A DNA stretch of 64,000 nt from an uncultured Christensenella sp. GTDB taxonomy: Bacteria; Bacillota; Clostridia; Christensenellales; UBA1242. The position numbers and the translations under genes are program-made. The stretch lies in contig CAYSUK010000005.1 of the NCBI GenBank assembly GCA_964434265.1, forward strand, positions 12,914 through 76,913. Direction: 5' to 3'. The notes under the pieces were generated by a model. The model saw only the letters and a list, made by a program, of their open reading frames with translations, was not told the DNA's origin and ran no database searches. Of the stretch, positions 47,129-55,725 are shown one piece after another (within the stretch, counting starts at the first letter, position 1; every line of letters starts with the position of its first letter).

Positions 47129-48310
47129 ATGGCAAAATTGTATTTTAAATATGGTGTTATGGGAAGCTCGAAGACGGCTCAAGCACTTATGTGTCGTTTT
47201 AATTACATGGAAAAAGGTTATGAAGTTTTGCTTTTGAAGTCGGCAATAGATACTCGTGATAAGGACGACGAAAATATTGTAGTAAAAAGCCGTATTGGGC
47301 TTATGGCAAAATGCGAGACGGTTACGCGTGAAGACGACCTTTTTGAATTTGTAAAATCACGTAATTTTCTTAGACCAAACTGTGTTGTTATTGTCGATGA
47401 AGTCCAATTTTTAAGCACAAAACAAATCGAACAACTAAAAGCAGTGTCGGTCTATGTCCCAGTACTTTGTTATGGACTGCTCACAAATTTCAAAACCCAA
47501 CTATTTGAAGGAAGCAAACGTCTTGTCGAAATTGCTGACTCACTGCACGAACTTAAATCTGTCTGTCGTTGTGGCAAAAAGGCAAACGTAAATGCACGTT
47601 TTGTCGATGGCAAAATTGTGACCGATGGTGATGAAATTATGATAGGCGGAAATGAATCATATGAAGCATTATGTTATTGTTGTTATGAAAAACTAAAAAA
47701 ACAAAATACTAAGCCAAAACTAGTAGTTGCATCAAACAACAAACATAAAATAAAAGAGTATGGAGAAATACTTTGTGAGTATGATATTGTCCCTATGAGC
47801 GAAGTTGGATTTTGTGACGACATAGTAGAAGACGGAACAACTTTTTTAGAAAACTCGCTTATTAAAGCACGTGCGGTGTCAAAATACTTAAAAGAAAAGG
47901 GTGTCAAAGCATCGGTTTTGGCAGACGATAGCGGGCTTTGTGTAAATGCGCTTGGTGGTGCTCCGGGGATATATAGTGCCCGTTATGCTGGTAATCATGG
48001 CGACAACGAAGCCAATCGTCAAAAACTCCTTGCTGACCTAAACGGAGTCGATGATCGCTCGGCATATTTTAATTGTTCGATTGCTTTTTTGGACGAAGAT
48101 GGCAAAGAATATTGCTGTGACGGCAAAACATACGGTCACATTACTACTGAGTATGAAGGAGATACCAGTTTTGGATATGATTGTTTGTTTTATTCGGACG
48201 ACCTTGGCAAAACTTTCGGCATGTCGACTGACGATGAAAAAAACTCTGTTTCACATCGTGGCAGAGCGGTTGCCGAACTTAAAAAACAACTTCATAGTAT
48301 TGTTAAATAA
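47129..48310 (+). CDS. tdk: fusion protein: thymidine kinase (N) + RdgB/Ham1 non-canonical purine NTP pyrophosphatase (C)
   Basis: Residues 1-190 have the P-loop GVMGSSKTAQAL, VIVDEVQF, and the zinc ribbon CRCGKKA...CYCCY. Residues ~197-393 have KLVVASNNKHKIKEY, DGTTFLENSLIKA, ADDSGLCVNALGGAPGIYSARYAG, FGYDCLF and SHRGRA. Confidence 0.88.
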   Translation: MAKLYFKYGVMGSSKTAQALMCRFNYMEKGYEVLLLKSAIDTRDKDDENIVVKSRIGLMAKCETVTREDDLFEFVKSRNFLRPNCVVIVDEVQFLSTKQIEQLKAVSVYVPVLCYGLLTNFKTQLFEGSKRLVEIADSLHELKSVCRCGKKANVNARFVDGKIVTDGDEIMIGGNESYEALCYCCYEKLKKQNTKPKLVVASNNKHKIKEYGEILCEYDIVPMSEVGFCDDIVEDGTTFLENSLIKARAVSKYLKEKGVKASVLADDSGLCVNALGGAPGIYSARYAGNHGDNEANRQKLLADLNGVDDRSAYFNCSIAFLDEDGKEYCCDGKTYGHITTEYEGDTSFGYDCLFYSDDLGKTFGMSTDDEKNSVSHRGRAVAELKKQLHSIVK

Positions 48311-48363
48311 AATATATTTTGATGTGAAAACACAAAAAATCGCCACTATAAAGTGACGATTTT

Positions 48364-49215
48364 TTATTTTGTATTTCCATCATTAAAGTATAGTATTCCG
48401 AGAGTGTTTTTTCCACAGTGTGATGTAACAGTCGAACCTGCATGAGTTTCGATTATTTTCTTAAATATATTTTTGCTTTTTAAGTGTTCCATTGCACTCT
48501 CGACCACTTCAGGGTCGCAGTTTGTGTGGGTCAAAAAACAATATGATGTATCGGGAGTGTTGTATTCGGCAAGTGTGTCATCAATATAATATTTTACAAG
48601 GTCTTTCATTTTGCCACGATACTTTTTGTTCATGCCCATTACGCCGTCTTTAAGTTGGATTTGTGGGTGAAGTTTTAGTAGATTTGCACCTAGCATTTTG
48701 AGTGCACTACATCTGCCACCTTTATGTAAGTAGTCAAGTTTGTCAATAGTAAAACTTGCTTGAACATATTGTTTGCGCGCTTCAAGTTTTTCATATATTT
48801 CTTTTGCACTTAATCCTTGACGGGATAGTTCGGACGCGTACATTACAAGTAGTCCACCACCAGTCGACAAACTCATTGAGTCAACTACATACACATTTTC
48901 AAAACTTTTTGATGCCAACAATGCATTATTGTAGGCGCTGCTTATTTTACTTGAAATAGTGATAAAAACAATGCCGTCAGGGTTTTGGTGTTGTTTGAAA
49001 AACTCTTCACATTGATAGGTGTTTATTGCACTAGTTTTTGGTAGGTTCTTCGTACGTGAGACATAATCATATATCATTTCGTTTGTGATATCAATACCAT
49101 CGCGAAAACTCTCTTCACCAAGACTTATAGTAAATGGCAAAACATCTACGTTGTTTTGTAAATACAATTCTTTTGTAAGGTCGGTCGAACTGTCACTTGC
49201 TACTATTACTGCCAT
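48364..49215 (-). CDS. degV: DegV family fatty-acid-binding protein
   Basis: Contains VASDSSTDL, ...TSAINT..., GGLLVMYA and LHKGGR, with a size of ~283 aa. Confidence 0.85.
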   Translation of the reverse strand: MAVIVASDSSTDLTKELYLQNNVDVLPFTISLGEESFRDGIDITNEMIYDYVSRTKNLPKTSAINTYQCEEFFKQHQNPDGIVFITISSKISSAYNNALLASKSFENVYVVDSMSLSTGGGLLVMYASELSRQGLSAKEIYEKLEARKQYVQASFTIDKLDYLHKGGRCSALKMLGANLLKLHPQIQLKDGVMGMNKKYRGKMKDLVKYYIDDTLAEYNTPDTSYCFLTHTNCDPEVVESAMEHLKSKNIFKKIIETHAGSTVTSHCGKNTLGILYFNDGNTK

Positions 49216-49361
49216 CTTCTTCTCCTAATAATATTTTATGTTACTTTTTTGTAAGTTAGACATTATACTTAGACAAGTATAACTATATTTTTCGATATTG
49301 TCAAATCAATAAATGCAAAGTTATGTTTGGAAATAATTAAAATATGTTGTAAAATATAGTC

Positions 49362-50150
49362 GTGGAAAATTTTGTAGAACTAATTGAAGAAAAAGACGAC
49401 AACAAAAACGTTCATGAAGGACATCGCAAGCGAATGCGGGACGTTGTTAATAAACGTGGACTTGATGGCATGCCCCAACACCAAGTTTTGGAGTACATGC
49501 TTTCTTTTGTCGTGCCCCAACGAGATACAAATATTATTGCTCACAATCTAATAAATAAATATGGCAGTATAAGTGCAGTGCTTGAAGCCAGTCAAACTTC
49601 ACTTGCCGACACAAAGGGTGTAGGCGAAGTAGTCGCTCACTATTTGGCAAATTTTCGAAATATGTTTGCTTATTACCAACACATGAAGGCGGATAATGTT
49701 TCTACTATATCAAACTCGCGTGAAGCTTGCGAATATGCAAAGTATTTGCTTGGCGACAAACTCATAGAAGAACTTTATATTACTGGACTCGACAGCAAAA
49801 ACCAAATTATATTCACGGAGAAAATAAGCACAGGAACTTTAAATAAAAACAATGTTTCTATCCGCACTATTACCGAACTTATTGTGCATTATAAAGTCGG
49901 GAATATTATTGTCGCGCACAATCACCCAAGGGGCAGAACAGTGCCATCACCAGAAGACGACCGCTTTACGCGAGCACTTGCTTGTGCTATGGAAATTATT
50001 GATGTAAAAGTATTAGACCATATTATAGTCGGAACAAATGAATTTTATAGTTATTTTACAAATGATAGATTTGAAGAATTTAAAGAAGATTTTGCGTCGT
50101 TTATAGACTCACACGCAGTCGCACAAAACCACGCACATTATGAGGCGTAG
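49362..50150 (+). CDS. radC: RadC-like JAB-domain protein (UPF0758)
   Basis: Contains HEGHRKRMR, an HhH-like LADTKGVGEVVAHYL, and the JAMM motif VAHNHPRG...PSPED. The start is GTG. Confidence 0.85.
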   Translation: MENFVELIEEKDDNKNVHEGHRKRMRDVVNKRGLDGMPQHQVLEYMLSFVVPQRDTNIIAHNLINKYGSISAVLEASQTSLADTKGVGEVVAHYLANFRNMFAYYQHMKADNVSTISNSREACEYAKYLLGDKLIEELYITGLDSKNQIIFTEKISTGTLNKNNVSIRTITELIVHYKVGNIIVAHNHPRGRTVPSPEDDRFTRALACAMEIIDVKVLDHIIVGTNEFYSYFTNDRFEEFKEDFASFIDSHAVAQNHAHYEA

Positions 50151-50469
50151 TATGAGAAATTTTACCAAAAATGACCAAGGATTTGTTTGTGAAAATTGTG
50201 GAAGAGAAGTGTCGCCACTTGGATATACATCACGAAATCACTGCCCATATTGTCTGTATTCACTACATGTTGATGTTATGCCGGGCGATAGGCAAAACTC
50301 CTGTCGTGGACTTATGAGACCAGTATATGTCGAAGAAACATCTAAAAAGGGTCGAGTTATTCATTATAAGTGTACACGTTGTGGGGTAGAATCGACAAAT
50401 ATTAGTGCAAATGACGACGATTTTGATACCATACTCCAAATAAACCGTGAAAATGCATTTAGAAACTGA
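50140..50469 (+). CDS. RNHCP domain zinc-ribbon protein
   Basis: Contains FVCENCG...SRNHCPYCLYSLHVD...PGDR...C.GLM and KCTRCG. It overlaps the radC 3' end. Confidence 0.8.
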   Translation: MRRSMRNFTKNDQGFVCENCGREVSPLGYTSRNHCPYCLYSLHVDVMPGDRQNSCRGLMRPVYVEETSKKGRVIHYKCTRCGVESTNISANDDDFDTILQINRENAFRN

Positions 50470-50522
50470 TATTTTCTTTTACAAAAATTGTAAAACTGAT
50501 ATAATATAATTGTATTGGGGAG

Positions 50523-51074
50523 ATGATTATGAGAAACAATCGAAACACTTTACTACTTATAAGTGGGATTATAAATATTGTTAAGAGTTTTGTGTATTGC
50601 ATCGCTCTGCTTTTAATAGCACTTAGTTTTGATATTGTGTACCTATGGCTAAAAATCCAAATTATAGCGACAGATGTCTATCGTTATTCGTCGGCAGAAC
50701 AAGGTGACAAAATTATTACTCTTGCAGTAATCGGACTATTTGTGTTTATGTCTATCGCTATAGCACTAAATTTTGTCGCAGGGATAGTTAATGTCGAAGC
50801 ATCAAGAAGTGGGAAAGAACCACTTACTCACAAATTGCTTATGACAATAGTATCCACTATAAATATCTTAACACTTGTTTCTATTGTGCCAAGTATTTTG
50901 ACATATGTCGCAATGCTTGTCGATAGAAGCCAAGAAAATGGATTTGTAGTCGAAAACAAAATTGACAAAGAAACAATGAAAATAAAAATCGAACAGATAA
51001 AAGAACTTAAAAAGGAAAAAGCTATAACACAAGAAGAGTATATTACACTTTTAAATAAGCTTATTGTGGGATAA
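50523..51074 (+). CDS. membrane protein with C-terminal SHOCT-like motif (paralog 1)
   Basis: Four TM segments, then IKELKKEKAITQEEYITLLNKLI. Confidence 0.7.
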   Translation: MIMRNNRNTLLLISGIINIVKSFVYCIALLLIALSFDIVYLWLKIQIIATDVYRYSSAEQGDKIITLAVIGLFVFMSIAIALNFVAGIVNVEASRSGKEPLTHKLLMTIVSTINILTLVSIVPSILTYVAMLVDRSQENGFVVENKIDKETMKIKIEQIKELKKEKAITQEEYITLLNKLIVG

Positions 51075-51076
51075 CT

Positions 51077-51631
51077 ATGAAAAAATCATATAAAGTTTGG
51101 CTCAAAACGGCAGGAATAGTTAGTTTTTGTTTTGCGGGCTTGGTGGTGTTTGGTTGTGTCTGTATGTCGTTTAATTTTTTCGATGCAAGAGATGTGTTTG
51201 AAAAAGTAATAAGAGACACGTTGCAAAAAAATGCAACCAAAAGTGATGTCGACTTTGTGCGATTTGTCACTATAGGCGAGATGCTCCTTGGCTGTGTTGT
51301 AAATATATATTCGGGCATTGTCCAAATATCACTTTCCAAAAAAGAATACATTGTGGTTGGAAGTACAAGGGTGCTTGTAAATATAGCTATTTGTCAGTTA
51401 ATGTTTACTGTTAATATTTTTTCTGCAATTATAGGTTGTGTGATAGGCATCAAACTTAATAAAAGTGTATGGCAAAATAGGGGAAACAATTCTATCGAGT
51501 CTGTCGCTCATGAAGTGGAAAAACTTCGCATTCTTAGAGATAAAGGTATAATCACTGAAGAACAATGGAGCGTTGAGTTTAACAAACTACTTGAAGAATA
51601 TTCTAAGTCGAACAACAACAAATTTAGATAA
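51077..51631 (+). CDS. membrane protein with C-terminal SHOCT-like motif (paralog 2)
   Basis: Four TM segments, then LRILRDKGIITEEQWSVEFNKLL. It starts 2 nt after paralog 1. Confidence 0.7.
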   Translation: MKKSYKVWLKTAGIVSFCFAGLVVFGCVCMSFNFFDARDVFEKVIRDTLQKNATKSDVDFVRFVTIGEMLLGCVVNIYSGIVQISLSKKEYIVVGSTRVLVNIAICQLMFTVNIFSAIIGCVIGIKLNKSVWQNRGNNSIESVAHEVEKLRILRDKGIITEEQWSVEFNKLLEEYSKSNNNKFR

Positions 51632-51754
51632 TATGTTCAAAATATCTCATTTTTTGAGATATTTTTTATTGATTTAAAAATTTTTTAGAGTATTCGTTTT
51701 TGATTTGGGCGATATTTGTTGTATAATTAAGTATATTGAAAATGAGAGGATAAT

Positions 51755-52696
51755 ATGTTTGGAAAAAGAAGTGACGGATACAAAGTAAAAGGACTTGACC
51801 CTATCGACCAAATAGGTGCTCAAATTATGCACACTCGCAATGATGCAATGAACTTTAATACTATGCCTGTGCGAGTAGAAAATATAGACAAATGGATACA
51901 TGAAAAGAGCGATAAAGAAGGTATCCGCTTTAATTATATGCACGTTGTTGTGGCAAGTATGGTACGTACTTATGCACTCAGACAAAGACTAAACCGCTTT
52001 GTTGTGAATGGCCGCATATATCAACGTAACGGACTATACATGTCGATATCGACAAAGGTTAGTCTTAGCGACGAATCGCCCGAACTCACTACAAAAATAC
52101 GTTTTACCGGGCAAGAAAACATCTATGATGTAAAAGAAAAAATCGACAATGCAATACGAGAGTCTACCGAAGCCGACCGCGAAAATGGTTCGACAAAGAC
52201 GGCAGGCAAAATCACAGCAATCCCATCGTGCCTTATAGGGCTTGGTGTGGGCTTTTTGAAGTTGCTTGATAGATATGGTTGTCTTGGTAAAAAACTTATC
52301 GATATTAGCCCATTCCACACAAGCTTTTATTTTACAAACCTAAAGTCGATAAAGGGCGACTGGATTTTTCACCACCTATACAACTTTGGCACAACAGGCA
52401 TGTTTGTTAGTATGGGCAAAGAAAAACTCGAAGCATGTGTAAATGCCGATGAAGAACTTGAAGTGGGCAAAGTACTTACTTTAGGTATCACAACAGATGA
52501 ACGTTATGCAGACGGATTTTATATGTTAAAATCACAAAGGCTATGGAAATCTCTGCTGGCTGACCCAAGTCTTATGGAAGAGCGACTTGATATCGAACCT
52601 ATCGAGAGTCCAAAAGAACGCAAAAAACGTCTTAAAAAAGAAGCAAAAGCACTCAAACTTGCTGAAAAACAAGCGAAAAAATCTCAAAAGAAGTAG
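51755..52696 (+). CDS. CAT-superfamily acyltransferase-like protein (2-oxoacid dehydrogenase E2 catalytic-domain-like, no lipoyl domain)
   Basis: The N-terminus MFGKRSDGYKVKGLDPIDQIGAQIMHTRNDA and the C-terminal TTDERYADGFY resemble stand-alone E2-catalytic-like proteins, but E sits where I expect the DHRxxDG histidine. The tail is K-rich. Confidence 0.5.
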   Translation: MFGKRSDGYKVKGLDPIDQIGAQIMHTRNDAMNFNTMPVRVENIDKWIHEKSDKEGIRFNYMHVVVASMVRTYALRQRLNRFVVNGRIYQRNGLYMSISTKVSLSDESPELTTKIRFTGQENIYDVKEKIDNAIRESTEADRENGSTKTAGKITAIPSCLIGLGVGFLKLLDRYGCLGKKLIDISPFHTSFYFTNLKSIKGDWIFHHLYNFGTTGMFVSMGKEKLEACVNADEELEVGKVLTLGITTDERYADGFYMLKSQRLWKSLLADPSLMEERLDIEPIESPKERKKRLKKEAKALKLAEKQAKKSQKK

Positions 52697-52741
52697 TAAA
52701 AATATTCTCACCTAGTTGTGAGAATATTTGTGTATATAGAT

Positions 52742-53617
52742 ATGGAAAGAAAATGCAAAAATTGTCCGCGAAAATGCGGAAGTCTTAGAGGTCAGGGACA
52801 AGGATATTGTGGAATAGGTGACGACGTCGTGGTTGCACTTGCTAGTGTTCATCGTGGCGAAGAACCTATTATCAGTGGCACGAATGGCAGTGGTACAATC
52901 TTTTTTAGCGGTTGTAATATGCGATGTGTTTTTTGTCAAAACTATGGTATAAGCCATGGAAATTGGGGAAAGCACATTACACCGCAAAGGCTTAGTGAAA
53001 TCTTTAGAGAACTTGAAGAGAAGGGCGTGCACAACATAAACCTTGTAAGTCCGTCCATATATGTCGATGAGATTATAAAAGCACTTGATATATATCGACC
53101 AAATATTCCTATTGTCTACAATACAAATGGTTATGATAGTATTGATAGTATAATTCGACTTAAAGACTATGTTGATATATATCTTACCGATTTAAAATAT
53201 ACTGATGACAATTTGGCACGCGAGTACTCAGATACACCTGACTATTTTGAGCGGGCGAGCGAAGCTATACTCCAAATGCGAAAAAATGTGCCCGATGATA
53301 TCATCGAAAACGGAATTATGAAAAAGGGCATGATAGTGCGACACCTTGTTTTGCCAAATCATACCGACGACTCACTAAAAGTACTTGATTGGATAAAAGA
53401 CAACCTTGGGGCAAATACAATTGTGTCTATTATGGGTCAATACACACCACTGTTTGATGCGACAAAATTCGACAAAATCTCTCGCAGACTTAGACCGATT
53501 GAGTACAAACGCGTCCTTACACACTTTCAGTCGCTAGGCTTTACTGACGGCTATATGCAGTCGTTAGAGTCGTCTGGCACGGCAGAAATTCCACATTTCG
53601 ATGGCAGTGGAGTGTGA
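52742..53617 (+). CDS. radical SAM protein, PflX (COG1313)-like activase
   Basis: N-terminal Cys cluster CKNCPRKCG...GYCG, then GCNMRCVFCQNYGIS (CxxxCxxC). The start is set at ATG 52742; the track's start at 52718 lies inside the upstream terminator hairpin. Confidence 0.82.
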   Translation: MERKCKNCPRKCGSLRGQGQGYCGIGDDVVVALASVHRGEEPIISGTNGSGTIFFSGCNMRCVFCQNYGISHGNWGKHITPQRLSEIFRELEEKGVHNINLVSPSIYVDEIIKALDIYRPNIPIVYNTNGYDSIDSIIRLKDYVDIYLTDLKYTDDNLAREYSDTPDYFERASEAILQMRKNVPDDIIENGIMKKGMIVRHLVLPNHTDDSLKVLDWIKDNLGANTIVSIMGQYTPLFDATKFDKISRRLRPIEYKRVLTHFQSLGFTDGYMQSLESSGTAEIPHFDGSGV

Positions 53618-53767
53618 CTCTACTCTAAGTAGAGTGATGTATAATTTCTCTACTTGTGGTGATTTTCATTGTAGTGATGATATATAGTCTATTAGATTTA
53701 CAAAGATATGGATTTGTAATAAAGTAGAAAAAAAGACACAAAACATGTAGTGATATATAGGAGTAAT

Positions 53768-55042
53768 ATGAAAAGAACTTGGTATCCACTTGATAATGCA
53801 GCAAAAATTTATCCACCAGTCAGCAATAGTCGACGTGGTGGTATGTTTTCGTTGTCGGCAAGGCTTGATCATGAGATAGAACCAAATATATTGGAAGAAA
53901 GTGTAAATATTTTGCTTGAAAGATTTCCGATGTTTAAGGTCAAACTAAAACGCGGTGTGTTTTGGTATTATCTCGAAGAAAACAACAAGCAATTTAAGGT
54001 CGAACCAGAAGAAGCGTATTTTATGCGATTTATAGGAGATGTAAAGTCAAACGATTATTTGTTTAGAGTGATGTATCGCGAAAACAAAATCATTGTTTGT
54101 TTTTTCCATTGTCTTTGTGACGGGACTGGCGGACTAAATTTTTTCAAGTCGCTACTTGCCGAATATCTCACACTAAAAGGTTTTGATATTAGAACTGAAA
54201 ATATGGTTATTAGTGAAAATTCACCGTATACAATGGGCGAAGTGGAAGATACTTTTTTGCGAGAATTCCACCGACCAAAAATCAAATCAAAAAAAGAAGT
54301 AAATGCTTTTAAGGCTGATGGGACACCATTTGAAAGTGATGGTTGTGGAATTATTACTGGCAAAGTAAATATAAATCAAATAAAAGCACTTGCAAAAAAA
54401 TACGACGCTACTATTAGCGAATATATTTCGGCACTTTATATGTATTGTATATATAAAGAATGCATCAAAAACAAAAAAGTAAAAAACAAAAACGTCACCA
54501 TACTTGTGCCTATAAACATGCGTAAAGTATATCCTAGCGAGACTATGCGAAACTTTGCTTTGTTTGCACGTCTTACACACAATTGGGAAAAGGAAATGGG
54601 TTTTGACGAATGTGTGTCACTTTGCAAGACCCAACTACATGAAGGCATGGAAAAGGATAAACTTGATGCTATTATATATAGCAATGTTAAGGCTGAGAAA
54701 AATGTTGTGTTAAAGATAATGCCACTATTTGTAAAAGATATTGCAATGCGAATAGCATATAATCACGTCGGCGACAATCTTCATACGGCAAATATGAGCA
54801 ATCTTGGACTTGTAAATTTGCCCGAGAGCATGTCGCGACACATAGAAGATATTGTCTTTAATTTAGGCACAAGTTTTTCGACAAAAATACATGTGGCTGT
54901 TGTGGGATATAAAGACAACTTATACATTACTTTTAGTAGGGCATTTGTCGAAAACAAAATCGAGCGTGAGTTTTTCCGTACATTGTCATCACAAGATGTT
55001 GCGGTCACCCTTATGAGCAATTTTTGGGAGGAGAAGCTATGA
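53768..55042 (+). CDS. condensation/alcohol-acetyltransferase-like acyltransferase (HxxxD)
   Basis: Contains WYPLDNAAKIYPP and the HxxxDG motif FFHCLCDGTGGLNF. The start is set at ATG 53768, after an AGGAG ribosome-binding site. Confidence 0.7.
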   Translation: MKRTWYPLDNAAKIYPPVSNSRRGGMFSLSARLDHEIEPNILEESVNILLERFPMFKVKLKRGVFWYYLEENNKQFKVEPEEAYFMRFIGDVKSNDYLFRVMYRENKIIVCFFHCLCDGTGGLNFFKSLLAEYLTLKGFDIRTENMVISENSPYTMGEVEDTFLREFHRPKIKSKKEVNAFKADGTPFESDGCGIITGKVNINQIKALAKKYDATISEYISALYMYCIYKECIKNKKVKNKNVTILVPINMRKVYPSETMRNFALFARLTHNWEKEMGFDECVSLCKTQLHEGMEKDKLDAIIYSNVKAEKNVVLKIMPLFVKDIAMRIAYNHVGDNLHTANMSNLGLVNLPESMSRHIEDIVFNLGTSFSTKIHVAVVGYKDNLYITFSRAFVENKIEREFFRTLSSQDVAVTLMSNFWEEKL

Positions 55043-55716
55043 AACATTGTCACATATGTAAAGTCGATGTAGAAGACGGAAAATATTGTCCGCTTTGTTA
55101 TAACCAACTTGAAAACGTAGCAAATTCAAAACCCGTTGTGCCATATTATAAGCATAAAGACAAAAACGAAACCTTTGAGAAAAAATCATACTTTTTTGCA
55201 AGAGTGTTGTTGTTTTTAAGTTTGGCAAGTGTGGGGACATGTGTATTTGTAAATATTCTTACTAAGGGCAGTGCATGGAGTGTGCTTGTTGCGCTTTGTG
55301 TGTTGTATGTATGGGTTCTTGTCGGCCACACAATTATGAGTCGTCGTAGTGTTTTTGAGAAGATATTGTTTCAGGTGCTAAATATTGTGGGCATTCTTAT
55401 TTCAACCAATTCGCTGGCAGGCGGCGGCAAGTGGCTCATAAACTATGTTTTGCCATCGGTCGCCTTTGTTACGACAAGCGTGCTTATTATGATATCGCTT
55501 ATTAGTCGCAAACATCGTGGTCAGTTTTTGCTTTCGTTTTTGGTTATTTACTTGCTCTCAATGATTATGTCTATTGTATTTCTTGCTTGCAAATACGACA
55601 CTTTTAAAATATTAAATCAAATAAATATGTTCTATTCTATTTTAACAATCGTGGGGACATTGCTGCTCGGTTATCGCATAATTAAAAATGAAGGTCGTAA
55701 AAAATTACACTTATAA
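55039..55716 (+). CDS. zinc-ribbon plus polytopic membrane protein (DUF6320-like)
   Basis: Contains CHICKVDVEDGKYCPLC followed by about five TM segments. Its ATG overlaps the upstream stop as ATGA, and a GGGAGGAG ribosome-binding site lies upstream. Confidence 0.7.
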   Translation: MKHCHICKVDVEDGKYCPLCYNQLENVANSKPVVPYYKHKDKNETFEKKSYFFARVLLFLSLASVGTCVFVNILTKGSAWSVLVALCVLYVWVLVGHTIMSRRSVFEKILFQVLNIVGILISTNSLAGGGKWLINYVLPSVAFVTTSVLIMISLISRKHRGQFLLSFLVIYLLSMIMSIVFLACKYDTFKILNQINMFYSILTIVGTLLLGYRIIKNEGRKKLHL

Positions 55717-55725
55717 GGAGAATAT

